This document shows positions 61,988 through 64,000 of a stretch of 64,000 nt of DNA, one piece after another. Under the pieces are notes generated by a model that was not told the DNA's origin, made no database searches, and was given only the letters and a program-made list of their open reading frames with translations. Numbering within the stretch: position 1 is the first letter of the stretch; each line of letters begins with the position of its first letter. The stretch covers positions 73 through 64,072 of the forward strand of contig JAYVPN010000107.1 of NCBI GenBank assembly GCA_043757365.1, given 5' to 3'. Position numbers and translations under genes: made by a program. Origin of the DNA: Gemmatimonadota bacterium. GTDB lineage: Bacteria > Gemmatimonadota > Gemmatimonadetes > Gemmatimonadales > Gemmatimonadaceae.

Positions 61988-64000
61988 GTGACCAAGCGCC
62001 TCCTGTTCGCCCTGTTGCTCCTCACCGCGCCGAATCTCAACGCGCAGACGAGTAAACTCCCGACTCCCGAATCGATTCTCGGCTACGCCCCTGGCGCTGA
62101 CCGAAAGCTGCCGACGTGGAAGCAGGTGACCGACTACTTCACCGCACTCGACAACGCGAGTCCGCGCGTGAAACTCCACATCCTCGGCAAGACGACGCTC
62201 GGCCGGCCGTTCCTTGCTGCGTACATCGCCGATTCATCGACGCTCGCGCATCTCGAGAAGTACCGTCTCATCCAGCGCAAGTTGATGGATCCGCGCCTCC
62301 GCGCGCAGGGCGAGCTCGAGCAGCTGCTCACCGAGGGAAAGAACGTCATCCTCATCACGTCGAGCATTCACTCGACCGAGGTCGGCGGCTTCACGACGCC
62401 GCTCATTATCGCCGACCGTCTCGCCCGCGGCGATACGCCCGAAGCGAGATCGATTCTCGCGAACACGATCGTCATGCTCGTTCCGTCGCAGAACCCCGAC
62501 GGCGTTGACATCGTCGGCGACTGGTATCGCAGCACGCTCGGCACGAAAGCCGAAGGGACGCAGCCGCCCGATCTCTACCATAAGTACACCGGCCACGACA
62601 ACAACCGCGATTGGTACGCCTTCACCCAGCTTGAGACGCGGTACACGGTCGACTCGCTCTACACGCCGTGGGATCCGCAGATCGTGAACGACATTCACCA
62701 GCAAGGCTCGAACGCCGGCCGCATTTTCATTCCGCCATACATGGACCCGGTCGAGCCGAACATCGATCCCGTGCTCACCGCGGCCACGAACTCGCTCGGC
62801 CTCGCGATGGGCTGGCGGATGATCGCCGATGGAAAAACCGGCATCGCCTCGAATGCGGCGTACGATCAATGGTCGCCGGCGCGTCAGTATTCGTTCAACC
62901 ATCGCGGCGCGCGCATTCTCACCGAGACCGCGAGCGCGCGGCTGGCCACGGCGATCGATCTCCCCTTCGAATCGCTCGGCACCGGCCGAGGATACGATGC
63001 GAAGGTCGCGAGCTGGAACTTTCCGGCCGTCTGGCCCGGCGGCAAATGGAGCTACGGCGACATCGTGAGTTATCAGGTGAGTGCCTCGTGGGCGCTGCTT
63101 TCGCAGGCCGCCCGCGATCGCCGTGTATGGCTCGAGAGTTATGCCGCGCTTGGCGCGCGCGCGCTGGCCAAGGAGCACGCGTGGGCCGTCGGCGCGGTGC
63201 CGGGAGCGTTCGTGATTCCGAAGAATCAGAAGGATCCCCAGGCGCTACAGCGCATTCTCTGGACGCTCCAGCACGGGCAAGTGGAGATTCGCGAGTCGAC
63301 TGATGCCGTGACGGTCAACGGCACGACGTATCCCGTTGGCTCGTATGTGGTGCCGATCGCTCAGCCGTTCGGCAGCTATGCGAAATCGCTTCTTGAGCGT
63401 CAGCATTACCCGAATCTCTACGAGTATCCCGGCGGCCCGCCGAAGCGCCCGTACGACGTGACGGCGCACACGCTGCCGCTCCTCTTCGGCGTCGATGTCG
63501 CAACGATCTCCGGTGCCGCGCCGGCATCGGGCGCGGTGATCACGGCAGTGCCGGAGCCGAAGTATTCCGTCGCCGGGCTCTCAGGCACGGCGCAAAAGCG
63601 CATCGCGATTTACAAGAGCTACAGCCCGTCGATGGACGAGGGATGGACCCGCTGGCTGTTCGACATCAACAACATTCCGTTTACGACGATCGTCGACAAG
63701 GATGTGCGCGGCGGCACGCTCAACCGTCGCTTCGATGTGATCATCATCCCCGACCAGCGCGCCAATCAGATCGCGCGCGGTGCGAGCGCCGAGTATCCGG
63801 ATTCGCTCCGCGGCGGCATCGGCGAGGCGGGGGCGGCGGAGCTCAACACGTTCGTGCAGAACGGAGGCACCGTGCTCGCCTTCAACGCGGCGAGCGAGTA
63901 CGCGATCGAGACGTTCAAGCTGCCGGTGAAGAATGCGCTCGCCGGAGTGCGCAACACCGATTTCTTTGCGCCGGGATCGCTGCTCTCGGTCGAGCTCAAC
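61988..64000 (+). CDS. M14-family zinc carboxypeptidase-like protein, 5' partial (runs off the window end)
   Basis: Absent from the ORF track because it has no stop in the window. GTG start, signal peptide LLFALLLLTAPNLNAQ, HSTE zinc motif in ILITSSIHSTEVGG, and NPDGVD...HDNNRDW. Confidence 0.7.
   Translation, partial: MTKRLLFALLLLTAPNLNAQTSKLPTPESILGYAPGADRKLPTWKQVTDYFTALDNASPRVKLHILGKTTLGRPFLAAYIADSSTLAHLEKYRLIQRKLMDPRLRAQGELEQLLTEGKNVILITSSIHSTEVGGFTTPLIIADRLARGDTPEARSILANTIVMLVPSQNPDGVDIVGDWYRSTLGTKAEGTQPPDLYHKYTGHDNNRDWYAFTQLETRYTVDSLYTPWDPQIVNDIHQQGSNAGRIFIPPYMDPVEPNIDPVLTAATNSLGLAMGWRMIADGKTGIASNAAYDQWSPARQYSFNHRGARILTETASARLATAIDLPFESLGTGRGYDAKVASWNFPAVWPGGKWSYGDIVSYQVSASWALLSQAARDRRVWLESYAALGARALAKEHAWAVGAVPGAFVIPKNQKDPQALQRILWTLQHGQVEIRESTDAVTVNGTTYPVGSYVVPIAQPFGSYAKSLLERQHYPNLYEYPGGPPKRPYDVTAHTLPLLFGVDVATISGAAPASGAVITAVPEPKYSVAGLSGTAQKRIAIYKSYSPSMDEGWTRWLFDINNIPFTTIVDKDVRGGTLNRRFDVIIIPDQRANQIARGASAEYPDSLRGGIGEAGAAELNTFVQNGGTVLAFNAASEYAIETFKLPVKNALAGVRNTDFFAPGSLLSVELN

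Noticed and set aside
62234-63178. 314-aa minus-strand ORF antisense to the M14 peptidase gene
   Set aside because: The plus-strand frame has a signal peptide and HxxE/NPDG motifs and stays open to the window end. The antisense frame is Arg-rich filler.

Overview
This is a high-GC bacterial chromosomal segment. A Sec-type clade II nosZ cluster in the order nosZ-membrane protein-nosL-D-F-Y, plus TolB-propeller kinases and peptidases, suggest a Gemmatimonadota-like organism, but that is inference only. All family calls come from motifs read in the translated ORFs; no database search was possible.

The window is dominated by copper handling and copper-dependent denitrification:
- **Denitrification start (1-2.3 kb):** partial NnrS-like membrane protein, nirK and a cupin.
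- **Redox operon (2.3-5.2 kb):** SufR/ArsR-like regulator, exported protein and Fe-S flavoprotein, with lower GC at the flavoprotein end.
- **Copper export operon (7.4-17.9 kb, minus strand):** BlaI-like repressor, M56 BlaR1-like protease, CopC-CopD fusion, small Cys/His/Met protein, CusC, CusB, CusA and DUF411.
- **Orphan nuclease-like gene (18-19.3 kb).**
- **Oxidase module (19.4-22.9 kb):** TolC-like factor translationally coupled to a Tat multicopper oxidase, followed by a membrane-anchored AlbA_2-domain protein.
- **Met-rich lipoproteins (23-24.6 kb):** two genes, each behind a duplicated conserved leader.
- **Respiratory module (25-28.7 kb):** Rieske protein, cytochrome b/c fusion, CxxCH-bearing outer-membrane beta-barrel and cytochrome c.
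- **Mobile and membrane genes (28.7-33.5 kb):** IS630-type transposase remnant, small membrane proteins and phosphoketolase.
- **Copper storage and export (33.5-38.1 kb):** P1B-ATPase with a CPD motif, PPK2, Csp3-like Cys-rich four-helix bundle, an untracked 45-aa membrane ORF and an HMA protein.
- **Decayed stretch (38.1-38.7 kb):** remnant of a second ATPase.
- **Housekeeping genes (38.7-49.6 kb):** Ser/Thr kinase, TPP riboswitch with thiC-D-E-S-G, VOC protein, esterase and S9 peptidase.
- **N2O reduction (49.6-58 kb):** HMA protein, DUF4382 lipoprotein, the nos cluster with a cupredoxin and a His-rich 4-TM protein, and a divergent nsrR.
- **Remaining genes (58-64 kb):** TIGR00300-like protein, ABC ATPase, MOSC protein, TetR with two matching palindromic operators, and a partial M14 carboxypeptidase.

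I saw no rRNA, tRNA or CRISPR array.
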